Shown here piece after piece: positions 10,140 through 21,454 of a stretch of DNA of 64,000 nt; positions within the stretch are counted from its first letter, which is position 1, and every line of letters starts with the position of its first letter. The notes beneath the pieces were generated by a model, which worked only from the letters and a program-made list of their open reading frames with translations, was not told where the DNA came from and ran no database searches. The position numbers and the translations under genes are program-made. This DNA is from Octopus sinensis (lineage: Eukaryota), in contig NC_043016.1 in NCBI RefSeq assembly GCF_006345805.1, positions 32,240,001 through 32,304,000 of the forward strand. The letters run 5' to 3'.

Positions 10140-10365
10140 TTTCATTTTGACACAGAAAACATAGGATTAACCTACTTATTATGTTTCTATGTCAACTAGA
10201 ACCCAAGGATGCAAATTAAAACTTTTTAAGGTTTCCATATTGAAAGCTAAAAAATGGCTGCTATGCAGATGTCTATTATGTGAACGCCAGCATTATTTTG
10301 GGGATTTCTGAAAATTCCTGGAATGTGTAGCTTTGTTAATCTCCAAAAATTTTAAATAGCAATAA
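10140..10365. repeat. Right long inverted repeat of the decayed Academ-type element
   Basis: Inverted homolog of 1150-1380; outer end is cut by a SINE-B. Confidence 0.6.
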
Positions 10366-10572
10366 TTTTTGGCATAAGGCTTGTAATTTTGAGGGAAGGG
10401 GGAAGTTGATTACATTGACCCCCAGTGTTTTACTGGTACTTATTTTCTAAGCCTCAAAAGGATGAAAAGCAATGTTGACCTTGGTGGCATTTGAACTCAG
10501 AATGTGAAGCACCAAAAGAAATGCTGCTGCACATTTTATCTGGTGTTCTTAAGATTCTGCCTGCTCAAAACC
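10365..10572 (-). mobile_element. SINE-B
   Basis: GGATGAAAAGC..TTGACC..ATTTGAACTCAGAA core. Confidence 0.75.
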
Positions 10573-10586
10573 TTAATAATAATAGT

Positions 10587-10637
<51 letters not shown>

Positions 10638-10915
10638 TTATTCTTTTTATTGGCTACAAGGGCTGACACACATGATTGGTACACATAAAGGGACAAAACA
10701 GGACGAAAGGTTACAAAGGGTTTTGTCCGTTTTTGAAAAATCCGAGTAAAAAACTTTATAACAATTAAATAATTTAACAATGAAAAACTCCCAAAAGGGG
10801 GAGGCGTTACGAAAGGTTCCTGGTGGAAAAAACCCCCACAAAAGCCAATGGGAGCCTGGTCAAAAAAAGGGGGGTAGAGAGTCCCCTTTTTCTCCTTTTA
10901 TATTACCTTTTTGAA

Positions 10916-13900
10916 TCACAGGCGAAACCTGAGAACTGGTCCATTTATACTGGCCAGTCTCGCACAATTCACCCACCTTTCATAAAACTTGCTATCGGAC
11001 AGCACTCTCCTCTCTAACCTCATCTTCCTTTTCAAGTGAAACTTGAAAAAGTTGATGAGGCCTTAACCAAAGAGGAAAGTGTCTGACTTTAGCCCTTTCA
11101 AACGAGTCCACTATACAACTTCTTTCGCCACAGCCACTAGGCACAAGAAAACGGCCTCGCCCTCCTTGTTAAAGGAGGTCGGTGGGGCAATCTTCACTAT
11201 GGATTCAGCCGATAGTCGGATCCGTCCTACATGTGACAGTAGCTGTTCAACATAAACCCCTATTTCAGCAATACTCGGGCACTGGACGAGTGCGTGCAGA
11301 ACGGTTTCGTCGTCCTGGCAACACCTCGGGCAGGCCCGGCTGACGGCAATTCTGTGCTGGTAGAGTTTATCTCGAACAGGCAGAGCCCCTCAGTAGCACT
11401 GCCAGGCCCGAAAGTCCTTCCGAACAGACCGCTCAGTTCATCATCTTCAATGCCTAGAGTTTCCCCGAGAACGTCGTCGCATTTTTCCTCCACTAACCCT
11501 CTATAGAACGCTAGAGTGGAGCTGTAACTGATCGCATTGCCCGCCTGGCGGAGGGCGGAGAGAGCTTGACGGCACTCGAGGTGCCAAGCGCCCTTTCTTG
11601 GTCTACATTTGATCCAGGTCTACAGCTCTGTCAAAGAGACGAGCTGTGGAAAATCGCGTCTGGCAAAAGACGACCACACCTGTTCACCGTCTAGGAAACG
11701 CTTGAGATGTCGCAGCCCGAGCGCATGTCTGCGCATCAGCAACCACGGCATTCCAAGGCCTCCGTTCAGCGGTCGTTGACAGCAGATGGATCGCCTGACC
11801 AGTGGCACCTGACCCTTCCACAAAAAGTCGAAGAGCAGGCGTACCAGCTTGGCCAACCAGCGGTCAGGACAAGGGATGACAGTCAAGCGGTAATAGATGA
11901 CGGATGCGATGTATGCATTTGCCACCTCCGCTCGACCTTTCAGGGACAGCTTCCTCTCGGCCCATTTCTGGGTGAGATGTGCCACCCTGCTCGTCACCTC
12001 TTCCCAGTTTTTATCCACCTGGAGGTCTGGACCGAACCAGACCCCGAGCAGTTTAACGGGTCTGTCTGTCCAGCGCCCTACGACGCTGTTGGACGGCATG
12101 GGCTTGCCTCTCCAGGCGCCCAGTTGCAAGCCCACAGACTTTTCCGCGTTAATCTTTGCCCCTGTCACCGCTTCGTACTGGTTTAGTGTCTCGCCAATCA
12201 GGCCAATGTGCCTGTGGCTCGACACCATCATGGTGACGTCGTCGGCATAGGCAGACACGCTGTTTGCGCCTCCTAGATCGCGCGGGATACCCCTCAAAGC
12301 CTCCAACTTGCGCAGTAATGGCTCGAGAGTCAATATGTACAAGAGGGAGGAGAGAGGGCATCCTTGGTGGACCGAACGCGAGATGTCGAACGGTTCCGAA
12401 AGGTGACCGTTCACCCATATCACCGAGCAGATGTTGCTGTATAAAGCAGCTATCCACCCACGGAAGACTGGACCGAAGCCGGCTGCCTTGAGAACAGCTG
12501 CCAGGTACCAATGGTCGACCCTATCGAAGGCTTTACTCTGATCTAAGTTGATCAAAGCCCCACCCGCGCCAGCGTCGTTACCCACCCTCTCTATGGTGTA
12601 GCGCATGAGATGGAGGTTGTCATGTATCGACCTGGTCGGCACGGCGCATGTCTGCATCTTGCCGACCAGCTTGTCCACGACAAGCGCCAATCTCTTGGCT
12701 AGCACCTTGGCCAAAATCTTCAACTCTGCATTGAGCAGAGTGATGGGCCGAAAATTCCCAATAACGTCCCCCTTGTTTGGGTCCTTTTTCAGCAAAGCCA
12801 CCACCCCTCGACAGACAAAAGCAGGAATTCTCCCGTTTTGCTGCCAGTTGCAGTAGACGTTTGCCAACAGGCCCGCAAACAAGTCTGGCATTGAAACGTA
12901 AAGCTCGTAGAGCAGACCACCCAAACCCGGCGATCTACCTCTTGTGCAACTCTTCATTGCTTCCTCCACTTCCCAGGCAGATATCGGTCCTTCGCAGCAC
13001 TCTGCCTCGCTGTCCGAGAGTTGCGGTAGGCTGTCCAGGTACACACCGAAGTCTGCACCATTGTCCGTTCCACCGCTCGTCCCAAACAGTTGAGCAAAGT
13101 GCCGCTGAAGCACCGTACACATCTGCTTCGGTTCGGTAACCTCACGCCCGTTCTGGTCCACCAAAGACCGAATGGTTGCTTTGTTGCCTCCGCCACGCGG
13201 GCCCATCGAGCGGCTCTAGTCCCCTCCCCACTTAGCGAACGTGCCTTAGCTCTGACAACGCAGCCTTCGTGTTTGGCGTCAAAGTGTTGGTCGAGGGCCA
13301 ACCTTGCCGCCAACACGTCGGTCACGATGCCAGTGTCAAGAGCCTTGTCTAGTTTTTGAACTAAATCCCACTCTCTCTTCCTACGTTCAATAGCTAGAGT
13401 CTTACTATACCTAATCGACTCTACTCTAATTGCTCTCTTGAGGGCAAACCACCAGTTGTTGTTGATGATTGCCCCTGTGAGCGCCCGCTTAACTAGTAAA
13501 CTAATCCGGTCTCTGTAAGCTTTGCACGCCGTTAACGACGCATTCAGCTTCCAGTAGCCAGGTCCCTGTCTATGTAGCCTATCTAAGTTGACCATACAGA
13601 TCACTAATTTGTGGTCCGTATAGTCGACTAGGTGGAATTGTGGACACCCTACGCTGTCCTTATCCGCTGGCCTACAAAACACTCTATCTAAGTACGATCT
13701 AGACGACCTGATGCGATTGGTCCAAGTCCACATTGGCACGTTTGGGTTGTCTAGTCGAAACCTGTCGGACAGCTGAAAGCGGCCGAGTAGGTTGGCGAGG
13801 CTCTTGCACCCTCCCCCTCTCCTATCAGACGCTCCCCTGCCCACCCGATCGAAACGTTCGTCTAAGACAGCGTTCCAATCCCCAACTAGCACTAGAGTGC

Positions 13901-14303
13901 GTGACGTTCCCAGGAAAACTTCTAGACGTTTGAAATAATCCGACTGCCCTGCTCCTGTCGGAGCGTAGGCAGCCAGCAGTCTGAAAGCACCGCCGTCACT
14001 ACCGTCCATGTCGAGGACCACCAACTTACCTTCCGGATCCAAGAAGACTGTCCTTATTTTCAAGTCCAGGCCCTTCCGAAACAACACCGCAGTACCACCA
14101 GCGCCCGCTCCCGGCCGACACGGAGATAGAAATATCTCGTATCCGCCGAAAAGGGCTACGAGTTCCTGCGGGTCGGAGAGCCTGGTTTCACTGATGGCTG
14201 CTACATCCACATCATGAAACCTCAGGTCGTTTAACAGGTGACCCTGTTTCCAAGGTGACCCGAGGCCTCTCACATTCAAGCAACCGATTCTAAGATTTGC
14301 CAT
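10916..14303 (-). pseudogene. Tx1/L1 ORF2: AP endonuclease + reverse transcriptase + C-terminal zinc finger, disrupted
   Basis: LNVRGL, ISETRL, GDWN, YLDR, TDH (APE); FRPITLLN, DQSKAFD, QGCPLS, YADD (RT); CPRC..ETVLHALVQC; frameshift near 13200, stop at 11620, frameshift near 11400, further stops; TGA at 10916-10918. Confidence 0.9.
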
Positions 14304-16188
14304 ATTTCAAAAGTAAGGAAAAAAAAGGAGAAAAAAGGCTCCACTTACTGTTGTTGGTGGTGGGGGTGGCTCCCTTGTGCTTTTGCACGGGTGCTTCCAC
14401 TATATTTTTATACAGTTTCTTAGAGAAACTTTTCCCTAATGATCCCACATCGTTAGGGAATATTTGTTTAATTTCGTTGTATGTTTTTGTGTTTATTTTT
14501 ATTGTGAGAATGTGTGCTGGTGGTGTGTTGTGTCTTGGTATAACGAAATCCGTTATACTTGTACTAGTTCTGTCTTTCAAATACTCAACCAGTTCCTGGT
14601 TCCTTGTATTTATTGATGTAATTGTGTCTGTGTGTGTTTGTGTGTTTGGCAGTGGCAGTAGTGGTGTCGAAAATGTTGTTGTTGTTTGTTGTTGTGAATG
14701 TGTGTTGTCGTTGTTGTTGTTGTTGGTGTTTGGAAGCACTATTTGTTCGTGCTTCCCCTGTGTGTCTTTTTGTTTTCTCCTCCTTTTCTTTTTTGGAGGC
14801 ACCGTGTTCCACTCTCCTTTGTCGGAATCAGTGCTCGCACAATCCGAGCACTCTTCATCCGGCAAAGGAATAGTTGAGGGGGTCTGCTTCAGCAGCAGGA
14901 CGAAAAGTTGTTAGTTCTGCCGGTGTCGGTGGTGCCGCTGCTCCTGTTGCTGTTGATGGTGCCCGCGTCAGTGAGCTCTCCCCTTCTCTTCTTGCTGCTG
15001 TCAACCTTCTAGGTACTGGTGTTGGTGTTGGTTTGGTGGTTGTTGTTGTTGGAGGTGGTGTCGTTCATCTTGGTGGTGGTGATGGTATTGGTGGTGTGGC
15101 AGGCTTTGGTGTTTCGTGCTGTTGTTGTTTCTGTTGTTGTTGTTGTTGTTGTTGTTGTTGCTGTTGCTGCCTCTTACTGTTTGCCTCCATTCTTTTTTTT
15201 TGAATGGGGCAGTCCTTCTTCAGGTGGCTTTCGCTACTGCAGAGGAAACATTTTGGCTTTCGCCCCTCTACAGTAACGTTTAGTCTGGTTCCATCCAGTA
15301 TGATGACCGAGTCAGGTATGGCATTAATGTTTTCCTGCTGGATCTGTACCAGCAGTTCAATACCCATACCTGACCAGTTCTTTTCTCTTACCCTCCGAAC
15401 ATTTAGAATAGTGGCAGTGTCCTCTATGCCATAGAGGATAGCTGCCACTAGCCATGATATGTTAAGTTCGGGGGGGTATTGTATTGATTCTTATTTTTTG
15501 GACCCTACGCCCGAGGTACGTTGGCACGAGGAAAAAATTTTCATTTTGCAAGGGCGAGATGGCATGCGCTCTTGCTTGCTCCTCTGTTGGGAAGTGAACC
15601 TCCACGGTTCCGAAACGCTTCCCTCTGGTCACATAGCTCTTTTTGCTCCATATGGGCTTTAGAGCCATTTCTAATTGTTGGGGTGTGGCGTTAACCAGTC
15701 TTTTAGTTTTCTTGTCAAAAATTTTGTAAAAAATAGTTTTTTTTGTTGGTGTCCTGTATGAGTTGTTGAGGTGTGTTGAGGAAAACACTGTTTCCCTCTT
15801 TTCTCAACAACTCTTTTGCCATTTTAATATCCTCTATGGAAACTTTTACTTCGTCCGAAATCTCCTTCACAGCTGAAGCAAAACCTTTGGAAATATCTTC
15901 ATTTCTCTCTTCTTTATTTGTCACTTTGCTATTCATTGCTTTCCCTTCCTCCCCCTTCGGTACTATAACATTAGTTGTAGGCAGAGGAGGGAAATTTAAA
16001 ATGACGTTGACGTCTTCTTTTTTGTTCTCATTTGGAACGTTTTGCTTTCCAGCACGTTCCATTACAATGTTTTCTTTGCCTTTTACGGTGCGAAATGGGC
16101 GGTTCGGAACCGCTAACATAATTTTTTCTTCTTGTGGAGGGAGTGGTGTAAAAAGAATGGAAGAGCCAGCTGCTCTTTTTAACGACAT
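14290..16188 (-). pseudogene. Tx1/L1 ORF1 (RRM-like region + CX2CX4HX4C knuckle + polyQ/low-complexity tail), disrupted
   Basis: ATG at 16188; RFGTVEVHF; CFLCSSESHLKKDCP; frameshifts at homopolymers (~15740, ~15475) and a stop at 15065; end overlaps the ORF2 start by 14 nt. Confidence 0.8.
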
Positions 16189-16408
16189 TTTGGGAAATGT
16201 TCAATGAGAAAAATGTAAAAGTTAATGTTTTAAACAGTGATTTTACCCCCAAAGAGGTAAAATTTTGCCTAGCCAACTAGCTCTGTAAAAAGTTAGTCGG
16301 CTTGGCCACACAAATATTGCAAAATATAACAATTATTAGAAAAATTTCCGATAAAATTGGCACAAAACTCACAGAGCTGATTCACATACGTCCGTCGCGT
16401 CAGAGAGA

Positions 16409-16446
<38 letters not shown>

Positions 16447-16479
16447 TAATAATAATAATAATGATAATGATAATAATAA

Positions 16480-16834
16480 TAACAAGAGCACTCACAGAGC
16501 GCAAACTTCTTCCAAGGCAACACCAACGTCCTCTCAACAATTAGCCAGTGATGAATTTTAAAATGAGAATATCTGAAATAAACTCGACTGCTTTCACAAA
16601 TGAGAATACTAAAAATGAACCCAACCACCCTAAAAAAATTAAGTAAAGAAAAATTGGAAAAATAATCCAGAATCCTTGTCTGGTACCAGATCAATCCCTT
16701 TGTGCCAGTCATGAGTTCAAACATCCCTGAAGGTTTCATCTGAATCCATCCAGCTGTTCTTGAAAAATCTTGGCTACAGACAAACAAACAAACACGACTG
16801 AAAACAATACCTCCACCTTCGCTAAGTTGGATGT
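16480..16834 (-). mobile_element. Helentron-associated (HINE/DINE-like) non-autonomous element
   Basis: Terminal hairpin CCTCCACCTTCGCTAAG.TGGA.G, internal (ACAA)n, other end AACAAGAGCACTC; further copies at 57192-57662. Confidence 0.65.
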
Positions 16835-16861
16835 AATAATAATAATAAGAAGAAGAAGAAG

Positions 16862-17365
16862 AATCCTTCTTATTAAAGGTGCAAGGCCAGCAGGTTTAGG
16901 AGATGGAGTAAGTCAATTACATTGATCCCAGTGCATAACTGGTATTTATTTCATTGACCCCAAAAAAATGAAAGCAAAGTCAACCTCAGCAGAATTTGAA
17001 CTCACAGCGTAGCAACAGGTGAAATACTGCTAAGGATTTCATCCAGTGTGCTAACAATTTTGCCAGCTCGCCAATAATAATAATAATAATAATGATAATA
17101 ATAATAATAATAATAATAATGATGATGATGATGATGATGATGATGATAATCCTTTCTACTATAGGCTCAAGGCCTGGAGTTTGAGAGGAGGGGGATGGTT
17201 GAATACACTGACACCAGTATGTAACTGGTACTTATTTTATTGACGCTGAAAGGATGAAAGACAAAGTTGACCTCGATGGAATTTGAGCTCAGAATATGAA
17301 GAACCAAAAGAAATGCTGCTAAGCATTTTGCCTGGCATGCTAACAATTCTGCAAGCTTGCCACTT
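16862..17365 (-). mobile_element. Two SINE-B copies with ..AGAAAGGATT-type tails, separated by (AAT)n/(GAT)n
   Basis: 16862-17073 and 17148-17365. Confidence 0.8.
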
Positions 17366-17372
17366 TATTATG

Positions 17373-17414
<42 letters not shown>

Positions 17415-17973
17415 GAGTGAGAGAGCAGTGCATGCCATCAAAGTGACACTGGGGTAAAATATACGAAGCCCAGTATACACCCATCAAGACTACCCGTCTG
17501 ATAAGGGTACACCAGGCACATGCATCACAACCATATGTGTGCGACATGGTGATCTCATATCAAGATAAATATTGCATGACCTTGCAGGTGGGGCCCAGTT
17601 AGAATTTTCTTCTGGTCGAGTAGCCCATCCTGCTCAAAAGGTCCCTGAATAAGGGTTGTTTAAGGATGTTGAACGAAACACCCACGTTTCCAGAGGTGAA
17701 TTATTCAAACACCAAAGAATCCCTCTCAATACATGGCTATGATGCTCCTCCACTACTTCTGCTCATGATCAGAGATGCACATATTGTCAGCCACTAAGGG
17801 ACATGGTCAACTGGTTAAGGTCAAACAACTGACAAGTAAATCTGTGGTATTGAGCAGAATATTTGCTGTAGCACTTCTTTTATACCAAGACAAGACAATG
17901 TACATGATAACACTTCCAGTCAGTTAAGATCAGAAGCCATGAGAGCCACTGCCTGGTACTGCATCAGGGCATC
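17415..17973 (-). mobile_element. Unclassified ~560-bp interspersed element D, always flanked by (TAA)n
   Basis: Homologs at 39678-40146, 40400-40866 and 57945-58530; fixed end CTGCTCTCTCACTC(AAT)n. Confidence 0.7.
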
Positions 17974-17995
17974 TTATTATTATTATTATTATTAC

Positions 17996-19660
17996 TTTTT
18001 TTTTTCTTCTTTCAAATTTACTTCCATTTCTTGCCGAGTGCCTTCCCGACTCCTAGGGCAAAGAAACTCATAGTATACATTGGTAGGCCATTAACCAAAC
18101 TCAGTAGTTCGTTCATTTTTTTTTTTTTTTTTAAGTTAAATTAAAATACATGAGCAGCAACAGTTCTCACATCGACAATGCTCTTCTCAATACGTGTGAT
18201 GTACCAGTTAAGACAATCTTTTGCACTTCTTGCAGGGATGGTAAGCCAGGGATCATTCTCATATAATTTTCGGTTCCCTTCTTGATCATTCCTAGTGCTC
18301 CTACGATCACTGGTATAGTAACTGCCTTGAGATGCCACATTTTCTCAATTTCAATGAGTAGGTCTTTATATTTTCTGAGCTTGTCAAACTCTTTCGCTGA
18401 GATATTATGATCACAGGGGATGCTCATGTCGATCAATAAGCAAACTTTATTGTTTTGGTCTTTCACAACAATATCTGGTTTATTGGCCTTGATGGTTCGG
18501 TCTGTATGTACTGGGAAGTCCCACAGAATGGTTACGTTTTCTCCTTCAGTTACAGCCTCAGGGTGGTGATTATACCACTTGTCGGTAGTTTTGATATTGT
18601 AATGCCGACTTATTAGCCAGTGGAGATATTGGCCAACTCTGTCATGTCTTAATTTATACTCCACTGGTGCTAAGACTTTACATCCAGAGATTAGGTGGTC
18701 CACTGTTTCAATCATGTCGTTGCAGAATCGGCATTTTGGGTCTGCTCCACTTTTCATCACATTGGCCTGGTAGTTCCGGGTTAATAGGCTTTGATCTTGA
18801 GCAGCCAGGATGAAACCTTCGCTCTCTGCTTTTAGCCCTGAGCTCCGTAGCCACTGATGGGTTTGCTTCTGGTCAACATCAGCTTGTTTGCTGCGGGTCA
18901 CATATTTGCCGTGCAGAGGTTTCTCCTCCCACCTATCAGCCAATTGCTCGTGCGCTTTTTCATTGCCATCATTTTCACCTTCTTTGCAACAATAGTTGCT
19001 GTACTTCCCTGGGTTGTTCAGTTTGGGTATCCTGCACGAGATCAATAGCAAATTTTTTGCTTTCCTTTATGATAGAATGAAGCTTCTTTCATCTCTCGTG
19101 ATTTTCCACGAGCTTTAGCATCCAGTCATTCGATATTTCGAGATATTTGGCCAGTCTAATCGTGGTTGTTTTGTAAGCTAGTTCAAATTGGATCAGGCCT
19201 CGACCTCCTTTGGCTCTGGGAAGGTAAAGGCGATCTACGTCTGCCTTTGGGTGGTGCATCCTATTACAACTCAGCAGCTTGCGTATTTTTCTATCTATAT
19301 TCTTTACTTCACTCATATTCAGTTCAACACATTGTAGCTATAAGTAACAACTGGAACTGCTAAGGAATTTATAGATAACACCTTGTTACGTGCATTTAGT
19401 TCAGATTTCAGGACTGCACAAACTCTCCTATAACATTCTTCCTGATTTTCTCTTTCATGCTTGCATGCTGAATACCAGAGCCTTCATTTATCCCTAATAT
19501 TTGTATGTTTGTTCTTGCTCAAGCTCTCTTATGACTGTGTCAACATCTAACACGACTGAATTTGTGGTCTTCACTTTCCCTTTCTGGAAAGTGGCCTTGG
19601 CACACTTCTCAAGTCCAAACTCCATCCCGATGTCATCGCTGAATGCTTTCACGGTGCGCA
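17996..19660 (-). mobile_element. 5'-truncated R4/Dong-clade LINE (RT C-terminus + CCHC + restriction-like endonuclease)
   Basis: FSDDIGMEFGLEKCA, YKY, RLYLPRAKGGRGL, CRFCNDMIETVDHLISGC, RHD, KPDIVV..LIDMS, KLRKY; ORF end 18167; (TAA)n on the sense strand at both ends. Confidence 0.9.
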
Positions 19661-19783
<123 letters not shown>

Positions 19784-20056
19784 TTTTGGTAGGGTGTGGG
19801 AATAAGTGAATTACAATGACCCCAGTGTTCAACTGCTGCTTATTTAACTGACCCCCCAAAAGGCAAGGTTGACTTTGGTGGAATTTGAACTCAGAACATT
19901 AAAGCTGGAAGGAATGCTGCTAAGCATTTTGTCTGGTGTGCTGATTCTACCAGCTCGTCACCATAATAATAATAATAATCTGTGGATTCCCACACTTCCC
20001 TTGGGAAGAGGGTCAAACCCGTGCCAAAACTGCGGCCTTAGATATTCTGAATAATA

Positions 20057-21002
20057 AATGGCAAGAAAAACCTCTCTATGGCAAATACCCAAAGAGAGCG
20101 AATAATGCAGATATTGACAAAGCCCTGACCCATCAATGGCTAATGGCCTCTGGCTTAAAATCTGAAACAGAAGGGTTTATCATAGCAGCTTAAGATCAAT
20201 GCCTACCAACAAGAAACTACCAGACCAACATATTAAAGAACGGCAGTAGCCCAACATGTCGTGTATGCCGACAACAAAGTGAAACCATTGATCATGTTGT
20301 CTCCAAATGCAGTCTTCTAGCGCCTACAGAGTACCTCAACAGGCATGATAGAGCTGCACAATATATTCACTGGGTAATTTGCAAAAACCTGGATTTGCCC
20401 CATGAAAAAAAACTGGTGGGAATACAATCCACCTCCAGTGCTTGAAAATGACCAAATCTCACTCCTCTGGAACTTCCCCATTCAAACTGACAGAAAGATA
20501 GATGCAAATAGGCCAGACATCATATTGAAAGACTTCAGACAAAGAACACGCCTCCTCATTGATATGACTGTCCCAATCGATATAAACGTATCTGTCAAGA
20601 CCTACCAAAAACTGAGCAAATATAAAGATCTTGAAATAGAAATCAGCAAAATGTGGAACCTGAAGACTAAAACAATACCTGTTGTCATCGGTGCCCTGGG
20701 AATGATAGCAAAAGGGGCTGATTGCTACCTAACTCAGATACCAGAAACCCCAAAATGGCAGAAATTCAAAAGATAGTGCTCATGGGGACTGCTCATATCC
20801 TACGCAAAATACTTTCTATGTAATCTCAAGGTTTAAAACAAACATTTTTTTTTTAGACATCCACTAGTACAACACAAAAAACAACCAAATATATGGCACT
20901 CTAGGCATAACAACAACGTGAACTTCCAACCTGTTGTCTCTTGAGGTCTCTGGGTGAGACTTGGAGCCAACTTGTACAGACATAAAGCAAAAGTCAAACA
21001 TA
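20057..21002 (+). mobile_element. Second, distinct 5'-truncated R4/Dong-clade LINE
   Basis: WQEKPLYGKYP, GLKSETEGFI, CRVC..ETIDHVVSKC, RHD, RPDIIL..LIDMT, KLSKY, ILRKILSM* at ~20823; (TAA)n flanks. Confidence 0.88.
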
Positions 21003-21014
21003 GAATAATAATAA

Positions 21015-21440
21015 TAATCCTTTCTACTACAGGCACAAGACCTGAAATTTGGGAGGAGGGGACTAGTCAAATACATAGACCCTAGTGTTTCACTGGTACT
21101 TAATCTATTGACCCCAAATGAATGAAAGGCAAAGTCAACCTCGGTGGAATTTGAATTCAGATGGACGAAATGCAGCTAAGCATTTCACCCAGTGTTCTAA
21201 TGATTCTGCCAGCTCAACACCTTAATAATAATAATGATAATAATAATCCTTTCTACTAAAGGTAGAAGGCCTGAAATTTGGGGGAGGGGACTAGTCAATT
21301 ACATTGACCCTAGTGTTTCACTGGTACTTAATTCATTGACTCTGAAAGAATGAAAGGCAAAGTTGACCTCAGCGGAATTTGAACTCAGAACGTAGTGACA
21401 GGCAAAATACCACTAACAATTCTGCCAGTTTGCTACCTTA
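21015..21440 (-). mobile_element. Two tandem SINE-B copies in (AAT)n
   Basis: 21015-21222 and 21246-21440, each starting AATCCTTTCTACTA on the plus strand. Confidence 0.8.
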
Positions 21441-21454
21441 ATAATAATAATAAT

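Larger units (their letters stand above)
10640..16410 (-). mobile_element. Full-length Tx1/L1-clade non-LTR retrotransposon (~5.8 kb) inserted in (AAT)n
   Basis: 5'UTR from ~16410, ORF1 with CCHC knuckle, ORF2 APE-RT-CCHC, 3'UTR ending AATAAAAAGAATAAATT; (AAT)n on both flanks; GC/CpG-rich relative to flanks. Confidence 0.92.

Noticed and set aside
11707-14914. Plus-strand ORFs antisense to the Tx1 element
   Set aside because: Expected shadows of a GC-rich coding strand; no recognisable motifs
19980-20050. GC-rich 70-mer as an HDV-like ribozyme of an R4 element
   Set aside because: Could not build the nested double pseudoknot by eye; more likely a LINE 3'UTR scrap
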